In this document: positions 51,075 through 63,750 of the stretch, in pieces
How the letters are laid out: every line of letters starts with the position of its first letter
How positions within the stretch are numbered: position 1 is the stretch's first letter
Source: an uncultured Acidobacteriota bacterium
GTDB taxonomy: Bacteria; Acidobacteriota; UBA6911
Length of the DNA: 64,000 nucleotides
Reading direction: 5' to 3'
Assembly: GCA_963809485.1 (NCBI GenBank)
Contig: CAWEJX010000008.1
Location: 96,001 to 160,000, forward strand
Notes under the pieces: generated by a model
The model's database searches: none
The model's input: the letters and a program-made list of their open reading frames with translations, nothing else
Told to the model about the DNA's origin: nothing
Translations under genes and position numbers: made by a program

Positions 51075-52557
51075 ATGCCGGATCTTCGCTATCCTTCACT
51101 GTATCAAATCAACACGCGCGTCCTGCTGACGGAACTATCCCGGAAGTTGGGCCGGGCAGCGACACTGGATGACGTTCCCGATACCGAATTGGATCGTCTG
51201 GCGGAGGCAGGATTTGACTGGGTCTGGTTCCTGAGCGTTTGGCAGACGGGTCCCGCCGGACAGCAGGTTTCGCGCGCCAACACCGAGTGGCGCAAGGAAT
51301 TTCAGGAGACGCTGCCGGACTTGCGGGAAGAGGACATCGCCGGTTCCGGTTTTGCGATCACTGCCTATGCCGTCCCGGCTGAACTCGGAGGCGATGGCGC
51401 CCTGGCTCGCTTGCGCCACCGGCTTGCGAATCGCCATTTAAAGTTGATGCTCGATTTTGTCCCGAATCACATGGCGCTGGATCACCCGTGGGTTGAGAAT
51501 CACCCGGAGTATTTTGTCGCGGGGACAGAGGACCTGCTGGCGCGGGAGCCGCAGAACTATATCCGGGTCAAACGGAAAAAGGGAGACTTGATCCTGGCTT
51601 ATGGCAGGGATCCATATTTTTCCGGCTGGCCCGATACCCTGCAGCTCAATTACGCCAATCCACAGCTGCAGGAGGCGATGATCCATGAATTGCTGAAAAT
51701 CTCCGGCCAATGCGACGGCGTCCGATGCGATATGGCGATGCTCCTTTTGCCCGAGGTTTTTGAGCGGACGTGGGGGCGCCGGCCGGAGCTATTCTGGCCG
51801 AAAGCCACACAAAAAATACGGGACCAGCACCCGGATTTTTGCTTTATGGCCGAGGTCTATTGGGATTTGGAATGGACCCTCCAGCAGCAGGGATTCGACT
51901 ACACCTATGACAAGCGCCTCTATGACCGCCTGCGCGAGGGTCACGCCCGGCCGGTGCGCGAGCATCTTCACGCGGAGCTTGATTATCAGACGAAGCTCGC
52001 GCGTTTTCTGGAAAATCACGACGAACCTCGCGCCTCTGCCACTTTTGATCCCCTCGTTCACCGGGCCGCCGCCGTGATCACCTATTTCATACCCGGCCTG
52101 CGTTTCTTCCATCAGGGGCAGTTCGAAGGCCGGAAGAAACGCATTTCACCGCATCTCGTTCGGGCACCCCAGGAATCTCTGGACAAGGAGCTTGAGGAAT
52201 TCTATGACCATTTGCTCGCCATCCTGCGGAAGCCTGTCGTGAAAAGCGGGCGAATGGCAGCCGCTGCCTTGTCTGGCGGCCTGGGACGGAAACGGATCAT
52301 GGGATGCATTCGTCGCCCATTCCTGGCTGGGATCCGGCGGGGAACGGATGCTGATCGCTGTGAATTACGCGCCCCATCCCAGTCAGTGCTATCTCAACCT
52401 GCCGTTTTCTGAAATCAAGAACCGTTCGGTCCGGCTGAAGGATTCACTCGGCTCCGCATGCTATATCCGTGATGGGAATGAATTGCTCGAGCACGGACTT
52501 TACCTCGATCTGCAGCCCTGGTCGTATCATGTTTTTGACGTGGAGACTATCCAGTAA
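51075..52557 (+). CDS. Alpha-amylase family (GH13) protein, frameshift about 52250
   Basis: DFVPNH, DGVRCDMA, AEVY, LENHDE; C-terminus continues in ORF 52348-52557. Confidence 0.87.
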
Positions 52558-52600
52558 GAGCGGTTGCACTGGAAACAATGAAGCAATGATTCGTCGTGAA

Positions 52601-52795
52601 GTCAGGCTTGAAAGATTGGAACCGCTCAAAGCGGTTGGAGGAGTTACGCTGGTCTTGAACGCTGACTTACGCCGACCCTCGCCGAACAAATCTGCGTTTG
52701 TCAGCGCTTGGTCAGCGTATCTCAGCGTTTCAAAATACGGAGCTGTCAAACTCTCTGAGTCCCCCGGCAGAGCCGGGGATTTACCAATGGAATAA
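52601..52795. mobile_element. Type A element
   Basis: Near-identical to 21076-21261; reverse-complement match to 54910-55066. Confidence 0.8.
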
Positions 52796-52826
52796 GTGTT
52801 TTAACCGCTTTTAAAGCTGGTGTAGA

Positions 52827-53357
52827 GTGGCTAAAACATCCTTCATAAAAAGTCGCCGCACCACCCTCGTTCTCGCGGGCCTCACTCTGCTCGCGCTCCT
52901 GCTGTCGGTGCCCGGTTCCCTGCGTGATGCCTTCAACAGGGGCGGGATTTACCTGTTTTCCAGTGCGTTCTTCGAGGACATTCCAAAGCGGCTCGCCGGC
53001 CCGGGCCGATTCCGCTTTATTCTGCAACCTTTGATGGCTATCATTCTCGGGGTTCTCAATGGATTAGAAGATGCGCGCGCAGGGAGACCGCCGTATCTTT
53101 ACGGAATGCTTTTCCGCCGGGGCCTTCGGCGCGATCTGGTGAAGACGGGCTTTTTGACGATTGTAAATCTTCTGCTGATGGGCATCCTTTTGGACGCTGT
53201 TTTTCAGCGTATCATTCTGGGAACCGCGCATCCTTTCGCCGCGCTAATTATAGGACCGGTTCTGATTGTCACGCCTTACGCGATTGCGCGCGCTCTGGCG
53301 AATCGCGTGGCGCGGCGGTCGAAGAAACAAGCCACAAAGAACCGGGAGAACCAGTGA
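52827..53357 (+). CDS. Hypothetical membrane protein
   Basis: Four hydrophobic segments; RFILQPLMA..DARAGRPPYL. Confidence 0.7.
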   Translation: MAKTSFIKSRRTTLVLAGLTLLALLLSVPGSLRDAFNRGGIYLFSSAFFEDIPKRLAGPGRFRFILQPLMAIILGVLNGLEDARAGRPPYLYGMLFRRGLRRDLVKTGFLTIVNLLLMGILLDAVFQRIILGTAHPFAALIIGPVLIVTPYAIARALANRVARRSKKQATKNRENQ

Positions 53358-53390
53358 CCTCCGTGGCTGCTTTACTTTGGAGAACACCCG

Positions 53391-54917
53391 ATGCCGACCG
53401 ATAACAAGTTGCTCTCGGATTCCGCCTTTCTGGCCTTGCGGTTCACCCTGGCCATGCTCTTAATGTCGGGTCTTCTGCTCGCCATCCGGCAGGCAATCCT
53501 GGTGTTCACAGGCCAGCGCAGCCGGCGCCTGGGTCGAAAGAAGTATGCCTTGATGGCGGGCAACGCACTCATTCTTGCGCTTTCTCTTCTGCTGCGCGAA
53601 CCCATCGCCAGTTTGCTTGGAAAGCTGGGATGGGAAATCGGCCGGATTGTGCCTGTAATCACGGACGTTTGGGTGAGCGGCGTATTGGTCGCAATATTCT
53701 ATACGCTTGCTTCTCTGCTTTCTCTGGTACTGCTGATCCAGATCGTCGGCATGGTGTATTGGTTCTTCGAGGGACGTATGGCAGCTCATGCCGCCGGCGA
53801 GGGCCTTGCCCATAAAACAGGATTAGCGCTAAGCACCTACGTTCTTAAAATACTTTCCTATGCAAATCGGGCTTTCCGTGCGACTGCTCTCGCGCTCTTG
53901 ATTGGTGCCTTTGTTTTCCAGGTCTTTCACCTTTTTAAGGGCACGAAGCCTGTGGTGGATGCGTTCATGGAAAGCCTCGGCACACCCGGCCGAACCGTAA
54001 TCCAGGCAATCCTGAACTATCTTCCCGAACTCGGCTATCTGGCTGTGATAGGCTTTCTGGGATGGGTTTTGCTGAAAATCATCCGGTATACCCTTTATGC
54101 GATCCGTGACGGAACGCTCAGCGTTCCCGGGTTCCAGCCGGAATGGGCTTCGCCGACCTACAAGCTGATTCGAGTCGTGGTTCTGCTGTTTCTCTTGATG
54201 GTAAGCTTTCCCTATCTGCCGGGCGCAGGCTCGCAGTTCTTCCAGGGCTTTTCGGTCTTCGTCGGCGCGCTTGTCACCTTCGGCTCGTCGGGCGCAATCA
54301 ACAACATCATGTCAGGCATTACGCTGACCTATACCAGCGCGTTCCGGCCCGGGGATTTCGTTCGTATCGGCGATACCGTCGGCTTTGTGCGCGAGAGAAG
54401 CCTTTTGGTGACCCGAATCGTCACCGTGCAGAACGAGGCGGTCACGATTCCCAACAGCGCCATCCTTTCGACATCCATTCTCAACTATACGTATCTCGCC
54501 GCTTCGAAGGGACTCGTGCTTGCCGTGAACGCGGGGATCGGTTACGACGTGGACTGGCGCACCGTCCACCGCCTCATGATCGAGGGCGCCCGCAGAACCG
54601 AACACATACTGTCGGATCCGCCCCCATGTGTGTGGCAGACCGAGCTGGGAGATTATGCAGTCTCCTATCAATTGCGCGCCTGGAGCGACAGGGCGGATTT
54701 GATGTTCGAAACCCACTCCGACCTTCGGGCGAATGTGCTGGATGAGTTTAACCGCGCGGGCGTTGAAATCATGACTCCCAGCATTTTTGCCCACCGCGAC
54801 GCCAGCGGCCTTGCAATTCCTCAGCAGCAGTTCCCGGATCGCCCGACACCGCGCGGCATAGCTGTGGATGTCCAAACGATCCCGCCAGAAGGCGATTCTT
54901 CGATCCAACGCTCCTAA
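53391..54917 (+). CDS. MscS-family mechanosensitive channel
   Basis: FRPGDFVRIG, VTIPNS, GIGYDV, FNRAGVEIMTP. Confidence 0.9.
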   Translation: MPTDNKLLSDSAFLALRFTLAMLLMSGLLLAIRQAILVFTGQRSRRLGRKKYALMAGNALILALSLLLREPIASLLGKLGWEIGRIVPVITDVWVSGVLVAIFYTLASLLSLVLLIQIVGMVYWFFEGRMAAHAAGEGLAHKTGLALSTYVLKILSYANRAFRATALALLIGAFVFQVFHLFKGTKPVVDAFMESLGTPGRTVIQAILNYLPELGYLAVIGFLGWVLLKIIRYTLYAIRDGTLSVPGFQPEWASPTYKLIRVVVLLFLLMVSFPYLPGAGSQFFQGFSVFVGALVTFGSSGAINNIMSGITLTYTSAFRPGDFVRIGDTVGFVRERSLLVTRIVTVQNEAVTIPNSAILSTSILNYTYLAASKGLVLAVNAGIGYDVDWRTVHRLMIEGARRTEHILSDPPPCVWQTELGDYAVSYQLRAWSDRADLMFETHSDLRANVLDEFNRAGVEIMTPSIFAHRDASGLAIPQQQFPDRPTPRGIAVDVQTIPPEGDSSIQRS

Positions 54918-55066
54918 TTTTGAAACGCTGAAATACGCTGACAAAAGCGCTGACAAACGCCGATTTGTTCGGCGAGGGTCGGCGTAAGTCAGCGTTCAAG
55001 ACCGGCGTAACTCCTCCAACCGCTTTGACCGGTTCACAACTTCAAGTTTACGGATCTGCCAAAGGT
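54910..55066. mobile_element. Type A element, inverted partial copy
   Basis: Reverse complement of about 52605-52743; lacks the GTCAAAC hairpin end. Confidence 0.78.
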
Positions 55067-55102
55067 CGCCGATTCTCTGTGTATGCACGAGAATTCTCTT
55101 CC

Positions 55103-55502
55103 CTATTTTCCAAATCGCTGTTTTCGGGAATGGGTCCTGGATGAAATATATTGTTTTCCTATGGCAACCATTTCAATTGCGGGCACAAGTTCAAAATAAA
55201 GATCCAATTTGTCAATGAATGACAATGTATTTTGCTCGATGAGTGCGGGTTCCGAGGTAACAAAAAGAAATGGGATCCTGCATCCTCGCGCGCTTAATTC
55301 CTGCATAGCCTGCAGCCCCGTAAGCCGCGGCATCGATATATCGCTGACAATCACATCCGGAAGCAGCGAGACTCGCTTCGTCGACAAGATCTTTGCCGTC
55401 ATGCACGGCCCCGATGATTTCAAAATATCTGCTCAGAAAGGAAATTATCGCCTGGCGCATGAATGGATGGTCTTCCGCAACCATCACCCGCAATTTGTCC
55501 AC
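55103..55502 (-). CDS. Short response regulator (receiver only), frameshift about 55365
   Basis: RVMVAEDH joins PDVIVSDISMP..FLFVT..IDK in the next frame. Confidence 0.78.
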
Positions 55503-55766
55503 TCCTGTTCACCTCCGGATGTGAAAATCGTTGTCCACCATAGACTATCCGATGGTTCGATCGTCGTCGTTGCGCTGGAGCAATAAAACGGAGGCAAACA
55601 GCAAGAACAAATCGCCGAGGCCTTAGTCTCCGGCAAAACGCTTCCGTAATGCGCAGTTCGCATCCGCTACGGCACCGTTGGACCGGGTGAGTAACGGCCT
55701 GTCAATATTGTCAGTATCCATTGCCGTTCTGATAATGTTACATGTGAGGAACCGGAGGAATTCTTC

Positions 55767-56465
55767 ATGATCGATATCGCCTCGGTGCGACTCTTTGCGG
55801 GGCTGGGAAAGGATGAGGTCAAACTGATTCTGGCCGCCGCAACGAAACGAATCTTCAAAGCGTCCGAAACAATTGTAAGAGCGGAAGAACCTGCGACCTG
55901 CTTGGTGCTGGTGAGGACAGGCTTTGTGAATTTTTACGTCGTCACTGAAAGGGGACAACAGATCCTGGTGCGCCGGTTCGGCCCGGGGAATGCCTTCGGG
56001 ATAGCCTCCTTCCTATCCGAACCTATCGGATATCTGGGGACTGCCTCAGCGGTTCATGAGGTGGATGTCTTCACATGGGGGCACCGGAGCGTCCTTCAAC
56101 TCGCCCGCGCATACCCGCGTTTTCCACAAAACGCTTTCCGGCTTGCGTTGCACTATCTTGCGATATACGCGCAACGCCATGTAAGGCTTGTGTCGGATAC
56201 GGCCCAGGAACGGCTGGCCTATGCACTGACGGATGTGGCCTCCCGGACCGGACAAGTGCTTACGGCCGGGGTGAAAGTTGACATCAGAAACGAAGATCTG
56301 GCCTCCCTTGCCGATGTGAGCTTTTTTACTGTCAGCAGGCTGCTGAAAAAGTGGGATCGCGCCGGAGCCGTCGAGAAAAGCCGCGGCAGAGTTGTCATCC
56401 GGTGTCCTGAAAAGCTGCTTGCCGAAGAGAGTCGAGCTTTTTCAAATGAGCGCGTTGCGGTATAG
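55767..56465 (+). CDS. Crp/Fnr family transcriptional regulator
   Basis: cNMP-like beta roll (GPGNAFG), ERLAYAL, EDLASLADVSFFTVSR HTH. Confidence 0.88.
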   Translation: MIDIASVRLFAGLGKDEVKLILAAATKRIFKASETIVRAEEPATCLVLVRTGFVNFYVVTERGQQILVRRFGPGNAFGIASFLSEPIGYLGTASAVHEVDVFTWGHRSVLQLARAYPRFPQNAFRLALHYLAIYAQRHVRLVSDTAQERLAYALTDVASRTGQVLTAGVKVDIRNEDLASLADVSFFTVSRLLKKWDRAGAVEKSRGRVVIRCPEKLLAEESRAFSNERVAV

Positions 56466-56595
56466 GTCTATCAACACATACAACCGCGAATCTGCACGAA
56501 TCTATGGGTAACAACGCGCGGGCCGGAAGCCCGAAAATTGCTCGTGCGCAAATCACAGGCTGGCCCGAATAAGTGTAATGATGGGGGGGGAAACT

Positions 56596-57981
56596 ATGAA
56601 TGAAGTGGATTTAGGCTCATCCGAGGCTCTCAGGCAGGCGCGGCTTCAAAGCGACCGGACCCGTATCACTGCAATACTCACGGTCCTTTGTTTGTTGTTC
56701 GTGAGCACACTGTTGCGCGGAATGATCTTTGAGGGCAAGACGGGCAAAGGCATTCTGCCGGTTTTAATAGCTTATTTCGGCATCATGATCGGGTTTGAGT
56801 TCATTATGCTCGGCTGGGTGGGGCGGGTGATGCGGCGGAAAACCGATCTGAGCCGCGCCGATCTTATTCTCAGTGCTTTCGTGGAGACGCTGTTCCCGAC
56901 CGCCGGCGTTATCCTGTTGATCTTGACGGGTATTACCAATCCCTACACAGCCTTGGTTGCGCCGATCGTCCTGACCTATTTTCTGTTCATTGTCTTGTCG
57001 ACGTTGCGACTCAGCCCTATGCTGGCGCGCCTTTCAGGAGTTTTCTGCGCAGCAGAGTACGCGCTGGTCTGTGCCTATGTCTTTATCTGGTATCCGGCCC
57101 CGGTTGTTCGCCAGACAATGCAGCCGGTCGAATATTACGTCGGCAACGCCATCATTATGCTCGCGGCCGGATTCCTTGCGGGCGAAATCGCGCGCCAGAT
57201 CCGATCCCATGTGGGAGCCACCTTGCGCGAAGCACGAACGGTGGAACGCCTCAACGGAGAACTGGAAAGCGCGCGCTTCGTGCAGCAGTCCCTGCTGCCC
57301 CGTGAAACGCCCGAATTGGGCGACTACGACCTCGCCGGGTGGAACAAGCCCGCCGATCAGACAGGCGGCGACTACTACGGCTGGCGCCAACTGGCCGACG
57401 GGAAAACCGTTTTTATGCTCGCGGATGTAACGGGGCACGGGATCAGTTCGGCGCTGATGGCCTCGGCATGCCACGCCTATGTGCAGGCGAGCATCGCGCA
57501 GGATTCCGACCTGGATGCGATCGTCACCCGCATCAACAGGCTGCTCTGCGCCGACCTATCTCCAGGAAAACTCATCACCTTCGTTGCCGGAGTCCTGGAT
57601 CCCGGCACGGGCTCCGTCGATCTCCTCTCCGCGGGACACGCCCCACTGCTCCTCTATTCCGCCGCCGAGGATAAGGTACACAGTTTTGAGGCGCACGGCG
57701 TGCCCTTTGGCATTTTCCGTTCTATGGCCTATGGCCCGGCTCAGAAAATCCGTCTCGCTCCTGGAGACATGCTGGTACTGATCACGGATGGTTTTTTTGA
57801 GTGGACGAATGCAGCGGAAGAAGACTTCGGATTCGAGCGTCTGCACGCCGCAATTAGGAATGCCCGGGGCTTCCGCGCGGCCGACGTCATTTCCGCGCTC
57901 CATTCGGCGGCTGCCGGTTTCGCAAACGGCACTGCGCAACAGGACGATTTGACCGCCGTCGTGCTCAAGCGATTACGATAA
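56596..57981 (+). CDS. Membrane-bound PP2C/SpoIIE phosphatase
   Basis: About 6 TM helices; ARFVQQSLLP, GGDYY, DVTGHG, AGH, TDG, DDLT. Confidence 0.9.
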   Translation: MNEVDLGSSEALRQARLQSDRTRITAILTVLCLLFVSTLLRGMIFEGKTGKGILPVLIAYFGIMIGFEFIMLGWVGRVMRRKTDLSRADLILSAFVETLFPTAGVILLILTGITNPYTALVAPIVLTYFLFIVLSTLRLSPMLARLSGVFCAAEYALVCAYVFIWYPAPVVRQTMQPVEYYVGNAIIMLAAGFLAGEIARQIRSHVGATLREARTVERLNGELESARFVQQSLLPRETPELGDYDLAGWNKPADQTGGDYYGWRQLADGKTVFMLADVTGHGISSALMASACHAYVQASIAQDSDLDAIVTRINRLLCADLSPGKLITFVAGVLDPGTGSVDLLSAGHAPLLLYSAAEDKVHSFEAHGVPFGIFRSMAYGPAQKIRLAPGDMLVLITDGFFEWTNAAEEDFGFERLHAAIRNARGFRAADVISALHSAAAGFANGTAQQDDLTAVVLKRLR

Positions 57982-58009
57982 GGCGATTTCCTGCAGCCTG
58001 ACCCTCACA

Positions 58010-58064
58010 CTTTGAATGTCTGCGTTTATCAGCGCTTTTGTCAGCGTATGTCAGCGTTACGAAA
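58010..58064. repeat. Type A cargo fragment (TCAGCG x3)
   Basis: TCTGCGTTTATCAGCGCTTTTGTCAGCGTATGTCAGCGTT matches the type A interior. Confidence 0.65.
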
Positions 58065-58475
58065 TCAGGCGTGGCGACGCCGCTTTACGCGCAACTGAAC
58101 CAGGGATCGAACCAGAGACGCGTTGACCGAGGCAACTTCTTCGTCGGATATTTTGTCCAGCAGCCGTGCTGCGGCCCGTTGACGCGCCTCTTCCACCTTG
58201 GCTTCGTCGATTTTGTCAGCGGCAATCGCCATGTCGGTGATAACCGATACATGCGTGCCGGTAACGACCACGAGCCCCTCTCCGACAGCCAGAAGCTCTT
58301 CCTTACCCCCCCGAGTCACGATCATTTCACCCGGAACGAGTTGCGTCATAAGCCGGGTGTGAAAAGGAAGAATCCCAATCTGGCCCTCCACCGCCTCCAT
58401 GGTGACCATCTCCACATCCTGGGAATAAGCTGTTCCGTCCGGAGTAACGATTTCCAATTTTAGCGTATCTGCCAT
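58065..58475 (-). CDS. atpC: ATP synthase epsilon subunit
   Basis: LEIVTPD, GILPFH. Confidence 0.93.
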   Translation of the reverse strand: MADTLKLEIVTPDGTAYSQDVEMVTMEAVEGQIGILPFHTRLMTQLVPGEMIVTRGGKEELLAVGEGLVVVTGTHVSVITDMAIAADKIDEAKVEEARQRAAARLLDKISDEEVASVNASLVRSLVQLRVKRRRHA

Positions 58476-58538
58476 GTTTGCCTGCGCGCTGCGCGCCGAA
58501 TGAGAGCCTTCCGGCCTTAGTCCATCGACGCTCGATTT

Positions 58539-60852
<2,314 letters not shown>

Positions 60853-60856
60853 ACGA

Positions 60857-62389
60857 TCACTTCCAGGTCTGTTTGAACTGATCCGTCGCAGCCTTCAACT
60901 CGTCCTTCAAGGCGTCGCTGATTGCTTTTTCATGGGCGATTTTCCGAAGCAACTCGGATTTACGTGTGCTCATGAAATCGGTCAGCTGAGACTGAAACTC
61001 TTTGATCCGGTCCACGGGGACATCGTCCACATAGCCGTTCTGGACTGCCCAGATCACCGCTACCTGTACCTCGACGGGAATCGGGCTATACTGCGGCTGC
61101 TTGAAAAGCTCGATAATACGCTTGCCCCGGTCAATCTGCGCCTGTGTTTTGGAATCAAGCTCCGAGCCGAACTGCGCAAACGCCGCCAGTTCCCGAAATT
61201 GGGCAAGGTCACCCTTGAGCTGCCCGGCAACCTGCTTCATCGCTTTGAGCTGTGCCGCCGATCCGACACGGGAAACCGAGAGGCCGACCGAAATGGCTGG
61301 ACGGATTCCCTGGTAGAACAAGTCCGTTTCCAGATAAATCTGTCCGTCCGTGATCGAAATAACATTTGTGGGGATGTAAGCGGAAACGTCGCCGGCCTGC
61401 GTTTCAATGATGGGTAAAGCCGTGAGCGAACCATTGCCGTACTGCTCCCCGACGCGTGCCGCCCGTTCGAGCAACCGGCTGTGCAGGTAAAATACGTCAC
61501 CGGGATACGCTTCACGGCCCGACGGCCGCTTCAGCACGAGCGAGATCTGCCGGTAGGCGACCGCGTGTTTGGAAAGATCGTCATAGATGATCAGGGCATC
61601 CATCCCGTGGTCCATAAACCATTCGCCCATGGCCGCCCCGGCAAAGGGCGCCAGGTACTGGTTGGCAGCGGAATCGGCAGCAGGAGATGCAAGGATGATG
61701 GTATAAGGCATTGCACCGGCTGCTTCGAGAACGGAAATGATACGGGCGACGGTTGATTGCTTCTGTCCGATGGCAACGTAAATACAGTATAGCGGCCGGA
61801 AATCCTTGTCGCCGGCACCTTCGGCCTCTTTGTTGATACGTGCCTGGTTGATGATGGTGTCGATGCAAATGGTCGTCTTGCCGGTTGCACGGTCCCCGAT
61901 GATCAATTCACGCTGTCCGCGGCCGATAGGAATCATTGCGTCAATGGGCATGATGCCGGTCTGTACCGGCTGGCGGACGGGATTGCGCCGGATGATGCCG
62001 GGAGCGATTTTCTCGACGGGATAGGCAACGTCGCTCTGGATGGGGCCCTTCCCGTCCACCGGATCCCCGAGGGTGTTTACCACGCGCCCCAGCAATCCCA
62101 TGCCAACAGGAACCTGAAGCAGCTTACCCGTCGTGCGCGCTTCATCCCCTTCGTGGAGCTTTGTGTAGTCGCCAAGGATGATCACTCCGACTTCCGTCTC
62201 GTCGAGGTTCAACGCCAGCCCCGTAATTCCATGGCCGAGATCGATCATCTCGTTGAGCATCGCGTCGTCGAGCCCTTCAATCTTAGCCACGCCGTCTGCG
62301 AGCTCGCGGATAATACCGACATTCTGTCTGGCTGTGGTTGCCCTCGCTCCCGTTATCTGAGCCTCGATTTCCTGCAGTAAGTCAGCCAT
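60857..62389 (-). CDS. atpA: ATP synthase alpha subunit
   Basis: [28 protein letters not shown]. Confidence 0.97.
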   Translation of the reverse strand: MADLLQEIEAQITGARATTARQNVGIIRELADGVAKIEGLDDAMLNEMIDLGHGITGLALNLDETEVGVIILGDYTKLHEGDEARTTGKLLQVPVGMGLLGRVVNTLGDPVDGKGPIQSDVAYPVEKIAPGIIRRNPVRQPVQTGIMPIDAMIPIGRGQRELIIGDRATGKTTICIDTIINQARINKEAEGAGDKDFRPLYCIYVAIGQKQSTVARIISVLEAAGAMPYTIILASPAADSAANQYLAPFAGAAMGEWFMDHGMDALIIYDDLSKHAVAYRQISLVLKRPSGREAYPGDVFYLHSRLLERAARVGEQYGNGSLTALPIIETQAGDVSAYIPTNVISITDGQIYLETDLFYQGIRPAISVGLSVSRVGSAAQLKAMKQVAGQLKGDLAQFRELAAFAQFGSELDSKTQAQIDRGKRIIELFKQPQYSPIPVEVQVAVIWAVQNGYVDDVPVDRIKEFQSQLTDFMSTRKSELLRKIAHEKAISDALKDELKAATDQFKQTWK

Positions 62390-62474
62390 GTGTCTTTCAC
62401 CTCGATTTATTTGCCGCCAGGACTAAAGTCCAATCCGTATGGAAACTCTGCCGATTCCAGTGGCGAAACTGGAA

Positions 62475-62869
62475 CTAAAAACTTTTTTCCAGCTCGTCCA
62501 ATCCGGCTCTCACGCTGCGGTCATACACATCACTGCCGACTTTGATGCGCATTCCCCCGATCAGCGCCGGGTTGAGTGCGAAGGACGCGCTTATTCCCGG
62601 ACCGTATCGCCGCGCCAGGTCGGCCTGGATTCTTGCACGCAATTCGTCCGGCAATGCGTGTGACGCTCTCGACTTCGGCGGAGTGCCGGACCAGGTCCAG
62701 TTTCACCAGGTAGAGAAAGTGATGCAGGAGTGCCTGGCTGCCTCGCCGCCTGGCCTCCAATAATTCTATGGGCCACCTGCCGGACACGGGACGCATCCAA
62801 CAATCCGTCTACGAAGCACAAACGGAACAGCCGCTTGGCATCACGCTTTGTTTGCTTGGCAGTTTTCAT
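62475..62869 (-). CDS. atpH: ATP synthase delta subunit, short, two frameshifts
   Basis: Joined frames give MKTAKQ..; ..LLHHFLYLVKLD..AEVES; ..NPALIGGMRIKVGSDVYD..LEKSF*. Confidence 0.8.
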
Positions 62870-62881
62870 ACTGTATTACTT

Positions 62882-63442
62882 TCACATTGTCACTGAACCG
62901 TCAGCTGCTCTGGCTGTTTCTTCAGCGAGCCTTTTTTGGTCTTCCGGAGTCAGTATCTTGCCGGTGACCCTGGTGGTGGTTTGCACAACCAACCGCCCAA
63001 TCTCACGCTTGAGGTCCGCGAGCATCTGTGCGTAATCCTGCGCCGCCGCCTCGCGCGCTTTCGCCAGGATTTGCTCGGCGGCCGCAATGGCCTTTTGGGA
63101 TTCCTGTTCCTGGAGGCGCACAGCCACAGCGCGAGCTTCCTCGATGAGCCGGGTTGCCTCGGCATTGGCCTGCATCATCAATTCCCGCCGTTGGGCTTCG
63201 GTCCGCGCCAGCTCGACTTTGATTTTCTCAGTGTCGGCCAGGCTTTGCGCAATCTGCCGACGCCTCTCGTCCAGCATTTTGAGGATTGGCCGATAGGCAA
63301 ACCGGTAAAGGATAAAGCAAACAATACAGAAACTGATGATCTGAGCGATCAAATTGGGCCAGTCCACCCCGAAAGTCGTAACAATCCGCTCGGGGCGTTC
63401 GGTGCTAATTTGCGCCGCCAACAATAGAACGTTCATGCTCAT
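62882..63442 (-). CDS. atpF: ATP synthase b subunit
   Basis: FGVDW..AQIISF..FAYRPILKMLDER followed by coiled coil. Confidence 0.92.
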   Translation of the reverse strand: MSMNVLLLAAQISTERPERIVTTFGVDWPNLIAQIISFCIVCFILYRFAYRPILKMLDERRRQIAQSLADTEKIKVELARTEAQRRELMMQANAEATRLIEEARAVAVRLQEQESQKAIAAAEQILAKAREAAAQDYAQMLADLKREIGRLVVQTTTRVTGKILTPEDQKRLAEETARAADGSVTM

Positions 63443-63499
63443 ACACTCGCATTCTGCGGGCACTGCATCATCAACAGCTGCGCCCAGCGAAGTTCCACT

Positions 63500-63688
63500 T
63501 TATCGAACCAGGAACAATGCATAAAACACGATCGCTTCAGCGAAGGCAATGGCCAGAATCGACTGGATCAGAATCTTTGTTGAGGCGCTGGGATTGCGTC
63601 CCACCGCTTCCGAAGCCTTCATACCGATCAGACCAACCGCCAAAGCCGCGCCTAGTGCTGCCAAAGCAATGTGTAAGCTTCCGCTCAT
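63500..63688 (-). CDS. atpE: ATP synthase c subunit (62 aa)
   Basis: AVGRNP loop and FAEA acidic site; RBS AAAGGTG before ATG. Confidence 0.9.
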   Translation of the reverse strand: MSGSLHIALAALGAALAVGLIGMKASEAVGRNPSASTKILIQSILAIAFAEAIVFYALFLVR

Positions 63689-63750
63689 AGAATCACCTTT
63701 CTTTCCCGCCGGCTCCCGCGACTGAACACGGTCAAGCCGCTGAAAAATCC

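Noticed and set aside
56482-56560. CGAATCT mini-repeat between the Crp and PP2C genes
   Set aside because: Only two units and a weak inverted partner
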